Assembly (NCBI GenBank): GCA_964016885.1
Contig: OZ024740.1
Location: 121,272,001 to 121,336,000, forward strand
Origin: Eledone cirrhosa
Taxonomy: Eukaryota
DNA length: 64,000 nt
Reading direction: 5' to 3'
Below are positions 1-12,949 of the stretch, piece by piece. The notes under the pieces were generated by a model. The model ran no database searches, was not told the DNA's origin, and was given only the letters and a program-made list of their open reading frames with translations. The translations under genes and the position numbers were made by a program. Positions within the stretch are counted from its first letter, which is position 1. The number at the start of each line of letters is the position of its first letter.

Positions 1-598
1 TGATAACATCAGATGTTAAGAGAGTTATGTGAATGGCTTGATAATATCAGGAGCTAAAGCCACCATTTTTGCGAATGTCTAGAGAACATATGAGTCGCCT
101 TGTATTTGTTTCTTACATTCCTCCCTTTTTGTATCACTTTTGTCATTGGTGGATTTTATATACTCTATAGAATTGTATTAATGTAAATGTTGAGAACTGA
201 AGTATGTAGTCTATTTTAATTTAAGCTTTATCAATTGTGTCGAGCTCGTGGCTATAAAATCTCAGGCAATTCATTATCTCAATATATCTGCGAATTCATC
301 TGTCAACACCACTTCTCTGTGGTCACCAAATATTTATTTTTTCAGCCTAAGACGTTGTGTGTTCAGCAAGCACTGTAGTCTTTTTATTACAATAAAATTA
401 GCGATAGCGACATCACTTCCATTTTTAACATCAACATCACCAATTGGTTACCATGACAATGAATACAAAAAAACAAAAACAAACGAAATAAATACAAAAC
501 TAATACTCATACCAAAACCAGCAACGGTCATAATGAAATAATACGATATTGATAAGAATTAATGACAGAATTGTAATAATTTAAAATTAATAATAAGA

Positions 599-1014
599 GT
601 TTCTACTTCCGGCACAAGGCCAGCAATTTGAAGGGGGGAGGAAAGTCGATTAAATTGACCCTAGTACATTATTGGTGCTTTATTTTATTGACACCGTAAG
701 GATAAAGTGAAAAGCTAACCTCGGTGGGATTTGAAATCAGAACATAAAGGGCCATAACTCTATGCTGCAAATTATGGTTTCTGACGCTCTACCGATCCTG
801 CCAATCCTCCGCCCTAGTAATAATATTGATTATAATTGTTTCTACTTTTAGCACAAGGCCAGCAATCATCCCAATGTATTACTGGTACTTTATGTTATCG
901 ACCCCGTAAGTATCAAAGGCAAAGTTAACCTCGGCGGGATTTGAACTCAGACCATAACACTGTGCTGCAAAGCATGGCGTCAGACCCTGTACCGATACTG
1001 CCAATCTACCGCCC
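599..1014 (-). mobile_element. Two tandem tRNA-derived SINE copies (599-814, 836-1014)
   Basis: Minus strand has A-box-like TGGCAG(T/G)ATCGG and B-box-like GAGTTCAAATCC; body matches about 10 other copies in the window. Confidence 0.85.
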
Positions 1015-1085
1015 TTATAATAATATTGATAATAATAATAATAATAATGACTATAACAATATTTACAATGACTATGACAATAATG

Positions 1086-2461
1086 CTTTCTTTATTAACC
1101 ACAAGGGTTTACACAAAGTAAGACATTAAGGACAGTACAGGACAATACAGGACAATACAAGACGGTACAAATGGGCATTTCTGCGTGTAAAAAAAACAAA
1201 AACAGAGGATGTAACAAAAAAAAAAACAATGAAAAATTCCCCAATAGGGAAGAGACTTCCGAGGAACATTCGCGGAGAAAGCCCATTAAAAAAGCCACGG
1301 TGAACCTGATCACCAGGGCAAGTGCCCTCTCCGAGTTTCCCACCTTCAATTTACAGGCACATACTCAGAGTAGGCCCATTTACACAGGCCATTCTTGCCT
1401 CTCTCACCCATCTTTCAACAAAATGCTGGGAAGAGAGCACTTCCCTCTCTACCCTGATTTTCCTTTTCAAATGAAATTTGAAAAAGTTAATCAGAGCATC
1501 ACCGAAGAGGTAAGTGCTCGTCTTCAACCTTTTCAAACGCGTCAACCATACTATCTCTTTCCCCATGGCTACCAGACAGATAAAAACTGCAGCTTTTCCC
1601 GGCTAAAGGAAGAGGACGGGGCAATCCTCACGATGGATTCAGCTGATAGCCGAATCCGTCCTACATGCGACAGTAGGTGTTCGACATAAACCCACAAGTT
1701 AGCAATGCTCGGACCTTGGACGACTGCATGCAGGACGGTTTCGTCACCTTGCGCGCATCTCGGACATACCCGGCTGACAGCACTTCTATGCCTATAGAGT
1801 TTATCCCGAACTGGCAAAGTTCCTTGTAGTACTGCCAGGACAGAGATCTCTGGAAGTTTTCCATAGTTCTTCCGAAGAGATTGGCTAGTTGATTTTTGTC
1901 GACGCTTCCAGTTTCCCCACGTAGGTCCTCGCACTTTCCCTCCACTAATCCTATATAGAACGTCAAGGTGGAGTTTCCACCGATCACAATGCCCGACATG
2001 TCGAGGGCTGTGAGCGCCTGAAGACATTCCAGTTTCCAAGCACTCCCTCTCGGTCTTCGCTTGAGGAAGAGGTGGAGATGTCGTAGCCTGGGCGCGTGTC
2101 TGCGCATCATCAGCCACGGCATGCCCAGCCCTCCACGTAGCGGGTGTTGACAGCAGATGGATCGCCTGATCATCGGAGCGCGCCCCTTCTACAAAAAGCG
2201 AAAGAGTAAAACGCTCCAGCGCAGTCAGGCGAGGCTTAGGACAAGACACGACGGTCAGGCGGTAGTAGATGACGGACGCGATGTACGCGTTAGCCACCTC
2301 CGCTCGACCTTTCAGTGATAGCTTCCTCTCTGCCCATTTCTGGGTGAGAGAAGCCACCCTGCTCGTCACCTCGTCCCGCTTTTTGTCCGTCTGGAGGTCC
2401 GTACCGAACCAGACACCTAGCAATTTAACCGGTCCGTCCGTTCAGCGCCCGACGACGCTCT
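1086..2461 (-). mobile_element. 5'-truncated Tx1/L1-clade LINE (RT C-terminal region + Zn knuckle), frameshifted
   Basis: Motifs LSLKGRAEVAN, GGLGMP and LPVRDKL..CPRC..ETVLH; AATAAAGAAAG 3' end; 19-bp TSD AATGACTATGACAATAATG at 1067-1085 and 2462-2480. Confidence 0.85.
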
Positions 2462-2489
2462 AATGACTATGACAATAATGAGAGTAATA

Positions 2490-2678
2490 ATTGTTTCTAC
2501 TTTTGGCACAAGGCCAATAATTATCCAGTATATTACTGGTACTTTATTTTATCGACCCCGTAAGGATGAAAGGCAAAGGTAACCTCGGCGGGATTTGAAC
2601 TCAGAATTGCAAGGGCCGTAACGATATACGTCAAAGCATGGCGTCCGACCCTCTACCGACACTGCCAATTCACCCCTC
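2490..2678 (-). mobile_element. tRNA-derived SINE
   Basis: Same family as 836-1014; TAATGAGAGTAATAAT duplicated on both sides. Confidence 0.85.
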
Positions 2679-3548
2679 TAATGAGAGTAATAATAGCATG
2701 AGTTCTGTGTGTGAGTTGGAATCTCAATGTAAATGGCTGTAACGTGTCAGTTCTTACATATTGATATTAGTATGTCATGTGTATGTTGGTTGTTGTGAGT
2801 TCATTTAGCATCTTATTGTGTTGTAAGCAATATTTTCAATATTTATCAACTATTTTTTTTAGGAATTCTGTATGGTATGAACATATTATTCTCCAATACC
2901 TTCCATACTGCGTTAGTTTTGCAATGTATGGTGTAGAGTGTTACACTATGTATTTTGTATGAGTACAGGTTAAGCTTGTCAGAGACCATGAAGTGAGAAG
3001 AAAGAAAAGAGAAAACAACTAAATCGTAAGAATTACATCTGCATCGACGACAATGTAAACAATGCGAGACAGGCAAAATTGTTCAACCCCAACATACTTC
3101 AGTAAAGAAAAAAAACCTCCTTATCTCGTTTTGTTTCATCGTTTCCCTTTGTCTTATTTCTTCCGTTATTTACCTCACCTCATTTTCTTGCCCGAATTAT
3201 ACTATGTCCTCTTTCCGTCACTCATTTTCTGCATTATTACATTACTATATCCTCACTTTCTGTTGTCTTCCTATTTCAATCTTATATATATATATAGGAA
3301 CGCGTAGGACCCCGCAGAAACACCCACACACATAACATCTCCCCAAAATGTACCCCTCCCCAACAACATCAGATAACAGAAACACCCACTCACATAACAG
3401 CTCCCCAATATATATATATGTATATGTAGGAGGTGAGTTTTATTGTAGCACAATAAAGCAATGCAAATATCGGATAAGTAGCACTCAACATTTATAGGAC
3501 TGGAGTATAAATAATATAAGATCAAAAGATGGTTAAAAGAGTTCCATG

Positions 3549-3619
3549 TATTTTATTATGCGCATTTCAAAAACAAATATCACCATGGGATGATATTTGC
3601 GTTCTCATCAGATAAAATA
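3549..3619 (-). ncRNA. Type I hammerhead ribozyme
   Basis: TATTTTAT-CTGATGA-stem II (CAAATATCA/TGATATTTG)-GAAA-TGCGCA-TA-ATAAAATA; 8-bp stem I, palindromic stem III. Confidence 0.85.
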
Positions 3620-5216
3620 GGGAGACATGATATGAAGCTTAAAAAACACTTGCGAGCAGTGAAGTGTTAATTCTACATATGAAAAAAAAAGATGGGTATT
3701 TGAGATTGGGAAAAAAGAAGGAAGGGGGAAGGAAAAGGTAAGGAAGAGGAAGAAAGAAAATAAAGGATGACGGGGGAGAAGTATAAGAAGGAAGGATGAG
3801 AGAGGAGGAGAAATGAGTGAGAGAGAGAGAGAAATAAATGTCCTCTTAATAACCAATGTCTTGATAAAATTTGGTGTATGAATGTAAGGTTATATAACTG
3901 GTACTATTTCTTTTACCTATTTTGGTTCCACTTCCACTTTCTTTAAGGCAAGATTTTATAATCACAATTCGTCTTTTAAATACCAACTTAAAAGAACTAA
4001 CACGGCACTCTCAGAACTCATATGGTCCTTAAAAGACAACAATATTAACTACAACATTTCTTGAAGGAAGGTTAGCAACGCCTCTCCTTACCGGAATTCT
4101 TCCCTATCCAGAACATGTAATCTCTGCCTAGCCGAGAAATTTACCATATCTCTAATTTTAATTCTATAATAAATAGACGTACAGATTTATTTTCGCTCTC
4201 CTTGCATAAATCCCATAGAACTTTCCATAAAGTATACAGCTAATATCTCACCACCTAATTAGTTTAACATCTTTTTTCTCATACGCTTTTATATCTTTTA
4301 CACATATACCCATCTTTCTACCTTATTTCAGTATATTATATTATACAAATTACTCATTCTATGTCGTTAGCGGACCCCTTTTTTTTTCTTTTTTATACTT
4401 TTTTCCTTTTTTCCTTTTTTCTTTTTTAATTTCTAATCTTTAATCTGTAACTTTTACTTCTAAATTACTTCTTAACTCATATTATTACTCACTATAGCAT
4501 TTTCCTTATATTCTTGGCCATACAAACTATATTTTTAATAAATACTAATATTACCACTAGTAAATTTTGTAAACATATATTTTTTTGACGTTATATATTT
4601 TTTCTTCCTTAAATTTTCTTCTTTCTTCTCTCCTTCCGTGCTCGTATTAAACCTATTATTTACTTTTTCATATTACAATAAATAGAAACAAACTTAGACC
4701 CTAACTAATTACTCTAAGTTCATAATTCATTAAATCTCTTCTTCATTCAACTTATCTCCTTAATATTTTTATTTTAATAATACATATTAATAAATTACTT
4801 TTCGCACATATTATTAAACCCTTCAATATATAAACCTTAAATAAATACTATTCTTAATTCCTTTTTCCTTAATCATAAACATCTCCATTCATAAACCTCA
4901 TTAACTTTTAATTTCAATTTTTTTTTAGTTTATGTATTATCTTACAACGGTTTTTTTAATTTCTCTCTGTGAGACAGTGTTTCTCAGTATTAAAGGCTAT
5001 CTCTTTCTCTCTCACACTCATTTCTCCTTCTCTCTCATCCTTCCTTCTTATACTCCTCTCCCGTCATACTTTAATTTCTTTCTTCCTCTTCGTTACCCCC
5101 CCCCCCCCCTTCCTTCTTTTCTCCGAATCTCATATATCCATCTTCTTTTTTTTTCATATGTAGATTTAACACTTCACTGCTCGCAAGTGTTTTTTAAGCT
5201 TCATATCATGTCTCAC

Positions 5217-5287
5217 TATTTTATCTGACGAGAACGCAAATATCATCCCATGATGATATTTGTTTTTGAAATGCGCATAATAAAATA
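5217..5287 (+). ncRNA. Type I hammerhead ribozyme
   Basis: TATTTTAT-CTGACGA-36-nt stem II-GAAA-TGCGCA-TA-ATAAAATA. Confidence 0.85.
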
Positions 5288-5325
5288 CATCGAACTCTTT
5301 TAACCATCTTTTGATCTTATATATT

Positions 5326-5377
<52 letters not shown>

Positions 5378-5654
5378 GAATAGAATGAAGCGAAATTTCA
5401 TTTCTCCATCTTAGTACGGCACTTACTTAAATGTAAGTATGTATGTATGTATACGTACATACATATATGTATACAGACGTACAGTAGTATGTATATATAT
5501 ACATACATGCACACATATATATATGCACGTATCGGTTTACCGAACATTTATTATAATGCTCGGTTTGTTTGTTTGTAAACAAACAGACAGCCCGAATTAC
5601 GCCGTACAGTGTTTAGGCAACCACGTCATCTTTTTGTTCAACACTGACACAGGA

Positions 5655-5697
5655 ACGATGTACTAGTTTCAAGCTTATTAGCTATCGTCAGCATCGT
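5655..5697 (-). ncRNA. Minimal type I hammerhead ribozyme
   Basis: Reverse complement of the 6215-6257 motif. Confidence 0.9.
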
Positions 5698-6214
5698 GTA
5701 CCTTCCTGCCAGATGGTTGAACGTCTGAAAGTATATACTTTCCTTATGCATATTAAAGGCTGAGCAGCCTAATTTGCATATCGAGTGAGTTCAGTCGGCC
5801 GGGCACATCGTTCTTGTGTCAGTGTTGAACGAAAAGGTGACGTGATTGCCTAAACACTGTATGGCGTAATTCGGGCTGTTTGTTTGTTTACAAACAAACA
5901 TACCGAGCATTATAATAAATGTTCGGTAAACCGATACGTGCATATATATATGTGTGCATGTATGTACATATATACATACTACTGTACGTCTGTATACATA
6001 TATGTATGTACGTATACATACATACAAACTTACATTTAAGTAAGTGCCGTACTAAGAGAGAGAAATGAAATTTCGTTTCATTCTATTCCATTTATCGTTT
6101 TCGGTGTGCCCGGCCGACTGAACTCACCCGATATCCAAATTAGGCTGCTCAGCCGTTAATATGCATAAGGAAAGTATATACTTTCAGACGTTCAACCATC
6201 TGGCAGGAAGTTAT

Positions 6215-6257
6215 ACGATGCTGACGATAGCTAATAAGCTTGAAACTAGTACATCGT
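6215..6257 (+). ncRNA. Minimal type I hammerhead ribozyme
   Basis: ACGATG-CTGACGA-T-AGCT-AATA-AGCT-T-GAAA-CTAG-TA^CATCGT; 6-bp stem I, palindromic ACTAGT stem III. Confidence 0.9.
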
Positions 6258-6465
6258 TCCTGTGTCAGTGTTTAACAAAAAGGTGACGTGGTTGCCTAAA
6301 CACTGTACGGCGTAATTCGGACTGTTTGTTTGTTTACAAACAAACAAACCGAGCATTATAATAAATGTTCGATAAACTGATACGTGCATATATATATGTC
6401 TGCATGTATGTATATATATATACCTACTACTGTACGTCTGTATACATATATGTATGTACGTATAC

Positions 6466-6501
<36 letters not shown>

Positions 6502-6773
6502 CATATATATATATATATATATATACATGACAAAGAAAATGTGCTAATAAACCAGGTGGGCCATAACGCACCGGAGTACTCGATACTTAGGTTAGCTGTC
6601 GAGACGGCCGGAACTCAGCCGTCGGTTTCCTGACGATTTTCCTATACATATATATATATACATATATAGCTCATGGGTAAAGAAGAAGACAAACACGGAT
6701 GACAATTACAAGAAGAAAGACTGGCTAAACTATCTTACTAACTGTCTTTCATAAGGCAACTGTACATTTTAAT

Positions 6774-6960
6774 TGTTTCTACGTTAGGCACAATGCCAGT
6801 AAATACCCAGTGTATTACTGGTACTTTATTTTATCGACCCCGTAAGGATGAAAGGCAAAGTTAACCTCGACGGGATTTGAACTCAGAATGGCAAGGGCCG
6901 TAACTCTATGCGTCAAAGCATGGCGTCCGACCCTCTACCAATACTGCCAATCCACCGCCT
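6774..6960 (-). mobile_element. tRNA-derived SINE with 20-bp TSD
   Basis: AGGCAACTGTACATTTTAAT at 6754-6773 and 6962-6981. Confidence 0.9.
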
Positions 6961-7357
6961 TAGGCAACTGTACATTTTAATAGAGATTAAAATGATTAGA
7001 AGAAAAAAGTAATAAAGAAGAAATGATACAATTTCCGGTTTCTTAGGAGGAGTGATGTGTGCAGTAGCAGTGGTAGAGCATCAAGACCTATCAGAGGTGA
7101 CCTTAGTATTATAGCTGTCGTGCATTTTGTACGTGGGTCCTAATATCGTACTAAACGTAAACAGAGAGATATATCATTACATACACATATATAAGCATAA
7201 AGAATTGTTTACACACTATACTAAATAAGAATCCACGCAGTAGCTGTGCATGACTTAAGTGTGTGTTCGTGTGTGATCTTTTCGGTTAATGTATGTGTGT
7301 TTTCTAAAACAAATTTACTTTTTAGATATTATGAAATAAGTTATAGACTGTATAACT

Positions 7358-7422
<65 letters not shown>

Positions 7423-8029
7423 GGGGGCATGCGTTTATATGGTTTTGTTTCTGAAGTTTAATCAAGAAGAAAACATTCAGTGGGATTATAAATGGCAAAA
7501 ATATTTTGTTCTCTACGATGATTCTATTTTACGTTGTGTTTTTATAGCAAATCAAGTGAAAAAAGTGAAATTTATTTAATACGTCTTCAGAAATGTTCAG
7601 GCAAAAAACTGTGAGCATAAATATATGCAAACATCTGCTCTGACGACCCTACTCAATTATTTTAAAAGGATAGAGATAGAGTGGAATACATGTAAAACTA
7701 TTTCTAGACACGGCTGCAATATCTAATATGGAATTTCTGTTGTTATGAAGTAAAATGTTATTTTCTTTCTAAAACATCTATAGATTAATCAGTGTAGGGA
7801 TGTATCTTGTTAGATGGAAAATTAGTATAGTTGTTAGAATGACATATATATATATATTTGAAAAAGGAGTAAGGTGCTAGACAAAACAGGGGTTATAGAA
7901 AAAAAGAAAAAAACATATCCTTAAATATACTTTCCATGCTATTTCAAATTCCACATATTCTCGCTCTCTCTTCCTCTCTCTCCCCCTCTCCCACTCTCTC
8001 TTTCTCTCTCTCTCTCTATATATATATTT

Positions 8030-9091
8030 TTTTTTCATTCATATATAATGTTTCGCCTAGCTGTAGTTCGTCTTTCTCTCCTTCTTCTCTCTCTCCTTGT
8101 ACCTCTTACTTTCATTCACCCTCTGCTGGTCAGACATTCTCACAGCTGGCCTCTTCCTCACACTTTCACTCACTCACTCTCTGCTACTCCCCTCTCTCAC
8201 TTCCTTCCGTCTGACCTGTGTGAAATCCTTTTGTCTCTCACTTTTCGCGTGGTTCGAACATGTCTGCCTGTTCTCGTCGATTGATTTGTTCGGACTTAAG
8301 TCCACAAGTATCATTGTCTTGTCTCTCTTTTCCTCTCTTTACGTTGCATTACTACTATGTTGTTTGTTTACTTTCCCCAACGAATTCGCTCTGGCCCAAT
8401 AACTTATTTTAGTTATTGCTCGCACTGATTTTGAGTTATCTGGTCTTTAATGCGAAGTAATATCAATGATAGTCAGCAGACCACTGATGATGGACAGTCC
8501 AATTTCTCGGTCTATTTTCATTCATATGTATCACACTCGCAACAATGCAGCACGCCCTTCTTTCATTCATATATAATTTTTTTACCCCATCTTTGGTTTG
8601 TCTTGTTTCTATCCCCTTACTGCTATCCTCTTTCTCTCTCCCCCTTCTCTCTCCTTGTACATCTTGCTTTCATTCACCCCCTCTGCTGGTCACACACTCT
8701 CTCAGCTGGCCTCTTCTTCGCACTTTCACTCAATCACTCTCTGCTACTCCCCCTCTCTCACTTACTCCCGTCTGACCTGTGTGAAATCCTTTTCTCTCTC
8801 AATTTTCGCGTGGTTCGGACATGTCTGCCTCTTCTCATCGATTAAATTGTTCGGACTTAAGTACACAAGTATCATTGACTTGTCCCTCTTTTCCTCTCTT
8901 TACGTTGGATTACTACTAGGTTGTTTGTTTACTTTCCCCATCCAATTCGCTCTGCCCCAATAACTTATTTTAGTTACTGCTCGCATTGATTTTAGTTATT
9001 GCTCGCACTGGTCTTAATGCGAAGAAATACCAATGATAGTCAGCAGACCACTGATGATGGACAGTCCTGTTTTTCGGTCTATTTTCATTCA

Positions 9092-9095
<4 letters not shown>
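8030..9095 (+). repeat. Tandem direct repeat, about 561-bp unit x2, between (TA)n tracts; probable pLTR-like non-autonomous element
   Basis: 8030-8530 matches 8565-9095; each unit ends with CTGATGATGGACAGTCC. Confidence 0.8.
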
Positions 9096-9126
<31 letters not shown>

Positions 9127-9131
<5 letters not shown>

Positions 9132-9854
9132 TAAACGGAATAGAAAATGCTGACAAATTGTTCACAGTTGAAAAATGGTTTAATTAGGAATAAAAGAGTA
9201 TTAGTGATTGTATGGGTTAGTATTCAGTTGTGGTTTTAAGTTTTTAAGTTCTTACTGGTTGCGCATTTCTAAATGCTTTTCAAAAATAATTTTGAGATAG
9301 AGTGTCCGTGTTGTTTGCTCTGATCTGATTAGTTTTGGGAATTCTACCTGTTTTTATGTAAAAAAAAGTGGCTCCAGCGTTACTTTGGTGTTGCAAAAAT
9401 TCTTGTGGTCAAAACAATTTTGATTGGTCGGTAGAGGTCATGTGAATGTAAAAAATTGATTTTGCGCCAAGTCTGTTTTTATGTTAAAAAAGTGGCTCCA
9501 GCGCTATTTGGTGTTTGCAAAAATTCTTGTGGTCAAAACAATTTTGATTGGTCGGTAGAGGTCATGTGAATAAAAAATTGGTTTTGCGTCAAGATTGAGA
9601 AATGACTCTTTCACAACAAATATGTGTGTGTGTGTGTAGTAGTAGTAAGGTGTTCGATGTTGTGATAATGGTTAGCAGGGATGTGTGTCAAATGGCTATT
9701 AAGATAAGTGTGTGTGTATGTGTGTGTGTGTGTTTGTGTGTATATAGCAGAGTAATTCGTGGTAGCAGGGATGGTCAGTAAGAATGTGTCTGAAAGCAAT
9801 GAGGGGTATTTTAGCATGTCAAAATATATTTTTCAGCTTTTGTCTTATACGGAG

Positions 9855-9903
<49 letters not shown>

Positions 9904-9952
9904 AGTACGCGTGTGTATGTATATGTGTATATATATGTGTGTATGTGTGTGT

Positions 9953-9997
<45 letters not shown>

Positions 9998-10680
9998 TTC
10001 ATAGCAGAGTAATTCTTGGTAGCAGGGATGGTCAGTAAGAATGCGTCTGAAAGCAATTTTAGCATGTCAAAAGATATTTTTCAGCTTTCGTCTTGTACGG
10101 AGAAGTGTGTGTGTGTGTGTGTGTGTATATAAGTATCTGTGTATGTTAATGTACGCGTGTGTATGTGTACACACACACACACATATTTGTTGTGAAAGAG
10201 TCATTTCTCAATCTTAGCGCAAAACCAATTTTTATTCACATGACCTCTACCGACCAATCAAAATTGTTTTGACCACAAGAATTTTTGCAAACACCAAATA
10301 GCGCTGGAGCCACTTTTTTAACATAAAAACAGTCTTGGCGCAAAATCAATTTTTTACATTCACATGACCTCTACCGACCAATCAAAATTGTTTTGACCAC
10401 AAGAATTTTTGCAACACCAAAGTAACGCTGGAGCCACTTTTTTAACATAAAAACAGGTAGAATTCCCAAAACTAATCAGATCAGAGCAAACAACACGGAC
10501 ACTCTATCTCAAAATTATTTTTGAAAAGTATTTAGAAATGCGCAACCGGTAAAAACTTAAAAACTTAAAACCACAACTGAATACTAACCCATACAATCAC
10601 TAATACTCTTTTATTCCTAATTAAACCAAGTTTCAACTGTGAACAATTTGTCAGCATTTTCTATTCCGTTTACCAATATA
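9127..10680. repeat. About 500-bp inverted repeat (9127-9630 / 10170-10680) around a (GT)n-rich internal tandem; probable decayed PLE ends
   Basis: Arms are near-perfect reverse complements; internal ~120-bp duplication; right arm reads LKNLKPQLNTN, weakly like a GIY-YIG C-terminus. Confidence 0.75.
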
Positions 10681-10744
10681 TAATAACTTGTGTGTTACAC
10701 CTCTATTCTTTTAACTATATATATATATATATATATATATAAAG

Positions 10745-11416
10745 TATATATACGTACATACATATATATATACAGACGTACAGTAGTATGTATATATATA
10801 TATATATACACACATGCACACATATATATATGCACGTATGGATTCAGCAAACATTTATTATAATGCTCGGTGTGTTTGTAAACAAACATCCCGTATCAAG
10901 CCGTAGTGTCTAGCAACCACCGTTGCTCGTTTGTTCAACACTGACAAAGGAACGCTGTACTAGTCTCAAGCTTGTTAGCTATCGTCATCAACGTATACCT
11001 TCCTGCCAGATAGCTGAACGTCCGAATGTATATACTTTCCTTATGCATATTAACGACTGAGTAGCCCAATTTGCATATCTAGTGGATTAATCGGCCGGGT
11101 GTACAGAAAACGATAAACGGAAAAAAAAAAACGAAATTTCATTTCCCACTCTTAGTACGGCTGTTACTTAAATATAAGTATGTATACGTACATACATATA
11201 TGTATACAGACATACAGTAGTACGTATATATATATATACATGCACACATATATATATGTACGTATGGATTCACCAAACATTTATTATAATGATCGGTGTG
11301 TTTGTAAACAAAGATCCCGTATCAAGCCGTAGTTGCTAGCAACCACCGTTGCTCGTTTGTTCAACACTCATAAAGGAACGCTGTACTAGTTTCAAGCTTG
11401 TTAGCTATCGTCAGCT
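10745..11416 (-). mobile_element. Diverged second locus of the retrozyme-like family, about 1.5 monomers, 426-nt period
   Basis: Homologous to 5378-6470; HHR motifs at 10952-10994 (core mutated) and 11378-11415 (core intact, stem I truncated). Confidence 0.8.
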
Positions 11417-11455
11417 GTATGTATATATCCTCAGAGACAGAAAATTACTGTAAAC

Positions 11456-11563
<108 letters not shown>

Positions 11564-11564
11564 A

Positions 11565-11885
11565 TTCAAAATATTAATAAATAAAAATGTTCTAATAATC
11601 AGAATATATATTTTATTATAAATATTTCAAAGGTACAATTGTGCTTAAGTACGTTTTCATCAGACAATATATATAAGATTTGATATGCGACATATCGCTA
11701 CGGTTTTGATTATTCAATTCCAATAGTGGCATGGAATAATCAAAACCGTAGCGGTATATGGCATATCAAATTTTATATTTTGTCTGATGAAACGTACATA
11801 AACACCATTGCACCTTTGAAATATGTATAACAAAATATATATTCTGATTATGAGAATATTTTTCATTTATTAATATTTTTAATAA
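11565..11885. repeat. About 150-bp inverted repeat with an HHR in each arm
   Basis: + strand 11775-11838: ATATTTTGT-CTGATGA-stem II-GAAA-TATGTA-TA-ACAAAATAT (9-bp stem I); mirror copy at 11608-11670 on - strand; abuts (TA)n. Confidence 0.8.
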
Positions 11886-11979
11886 TATTAAATACTCCAG
11901 GAAAATCACTGTCGACTGCTTCTAATATATTGTAAAATTGTATTCGTTGAATAATCAACGAACCCTATTAATCTTTGCT

Positions 11980-12020
<41 letters not shown>

Positions 12021-12641
12021 ATGCGTTATCTATTTCGGATGTTTCGGCTTTGAAATTGCGGGGATAGTCTTATTTTATTAGAGGGTTTCTACATTCACCA
12101 TATTTAGGTAGGGCAGCCTTATTTTTATGTATACACTTTAAGCAGTAGGCGCCCCTTAGACATGTTCGCCTTCCAGTAAATTGATGTATATCTAATAGAG
12201 AGACGTTGGAATAAATTAGTTTTAATAAAATAATATGACTGCATCGTGTGTAACGTAATAATTACATATTGCACAGGAACAATACTACATATTGTGTTGT
12301 AATAGAACATTTATTTTAGTTAGATCACTTCTAGAATTTATATGGTGCATTGTTTTCAATGGAGGCAAGATAAAATCCAAAGTAGACTGTGAACGTAAGA
12401 TAACGTACCTACATTATCGCAGATATATTATTCCATCAACCTTCATATTATGCTGATTTACCACTCTGGACGCAGCAGAACATAAAAATGATATTTCGAA
12501 CATTAACTGAATTATTTTTAATTTACTTCATTGTAGTCAATATTAATCCATTATTTCCGAGGTTAATTCATTTCTTTCCTAAAGAGCATAAATAAATCAC
12601 GTTGATTTATATCCTGCGAACTTAGCAAATATACAGATATG

Positions 12642-12764
<123 letters not shown>

Positions 12765-12789
12765 ACACACACACACACACATACACACA

Positions 12790-12825
<36 letters not shown>

Positions 12826-12949
12826 ACACAAACACACATACGCACGCACACATACGCACACACGCACACACACGTATATATATATATATTAGAATACACT
12901 TTGTAGATATACATAATACGCACATACTTACGAAAATAGCCTTACATAA

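Larger units (their letters stand above)
3500..5330 (+). mobile_element. Truncated PLE (Hydra-like endonuclease 3' end + pLTR) with inverted pLTR copy at 3500-3838
   Basis: 3839-4150 translates CPLNNQC..NLVYECKV..YFGSTSTFFKARFYNHNSSF..LSELIWSLK..CNLCLAEK (frameshift, stop); 3500-3838 is the reverse complement of about 4990-5330; ends in (TA)n. Confidence 0.8.
5378..6470. mobile_element. Non-coding HHR-containing repeat (retrozyme-like), 446-nt monomer: inverted permuted copy (5378-5806) + 1.5 direct copies (5806-6470)
   Basis: Self-alignment by eye; no ORF; one HHR per monomer; flanked by (TA)n. Confidence 0.8.

Noticed and set aside
1171-1689. 172-aa + strand ORF and other antisense ORFs over transposon coding regions
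   Set aside because: Shadow frames opposite recognisable LINE, PLE or Helitron sequence
7638-7695. CTGACGA..CTACTC/GAGTGG..AATACATGTA
   Set aside because: GAAA and stem I are not intact
9145-9190. CTGACAA-ATTG-TTCA-CAGT-TGAAA HHR-like motif (mirror at about 10620-10660)
   Set aside because: C3/A8 mismatch in both arms, poor stem I, and it points inward unlike the other HHRs
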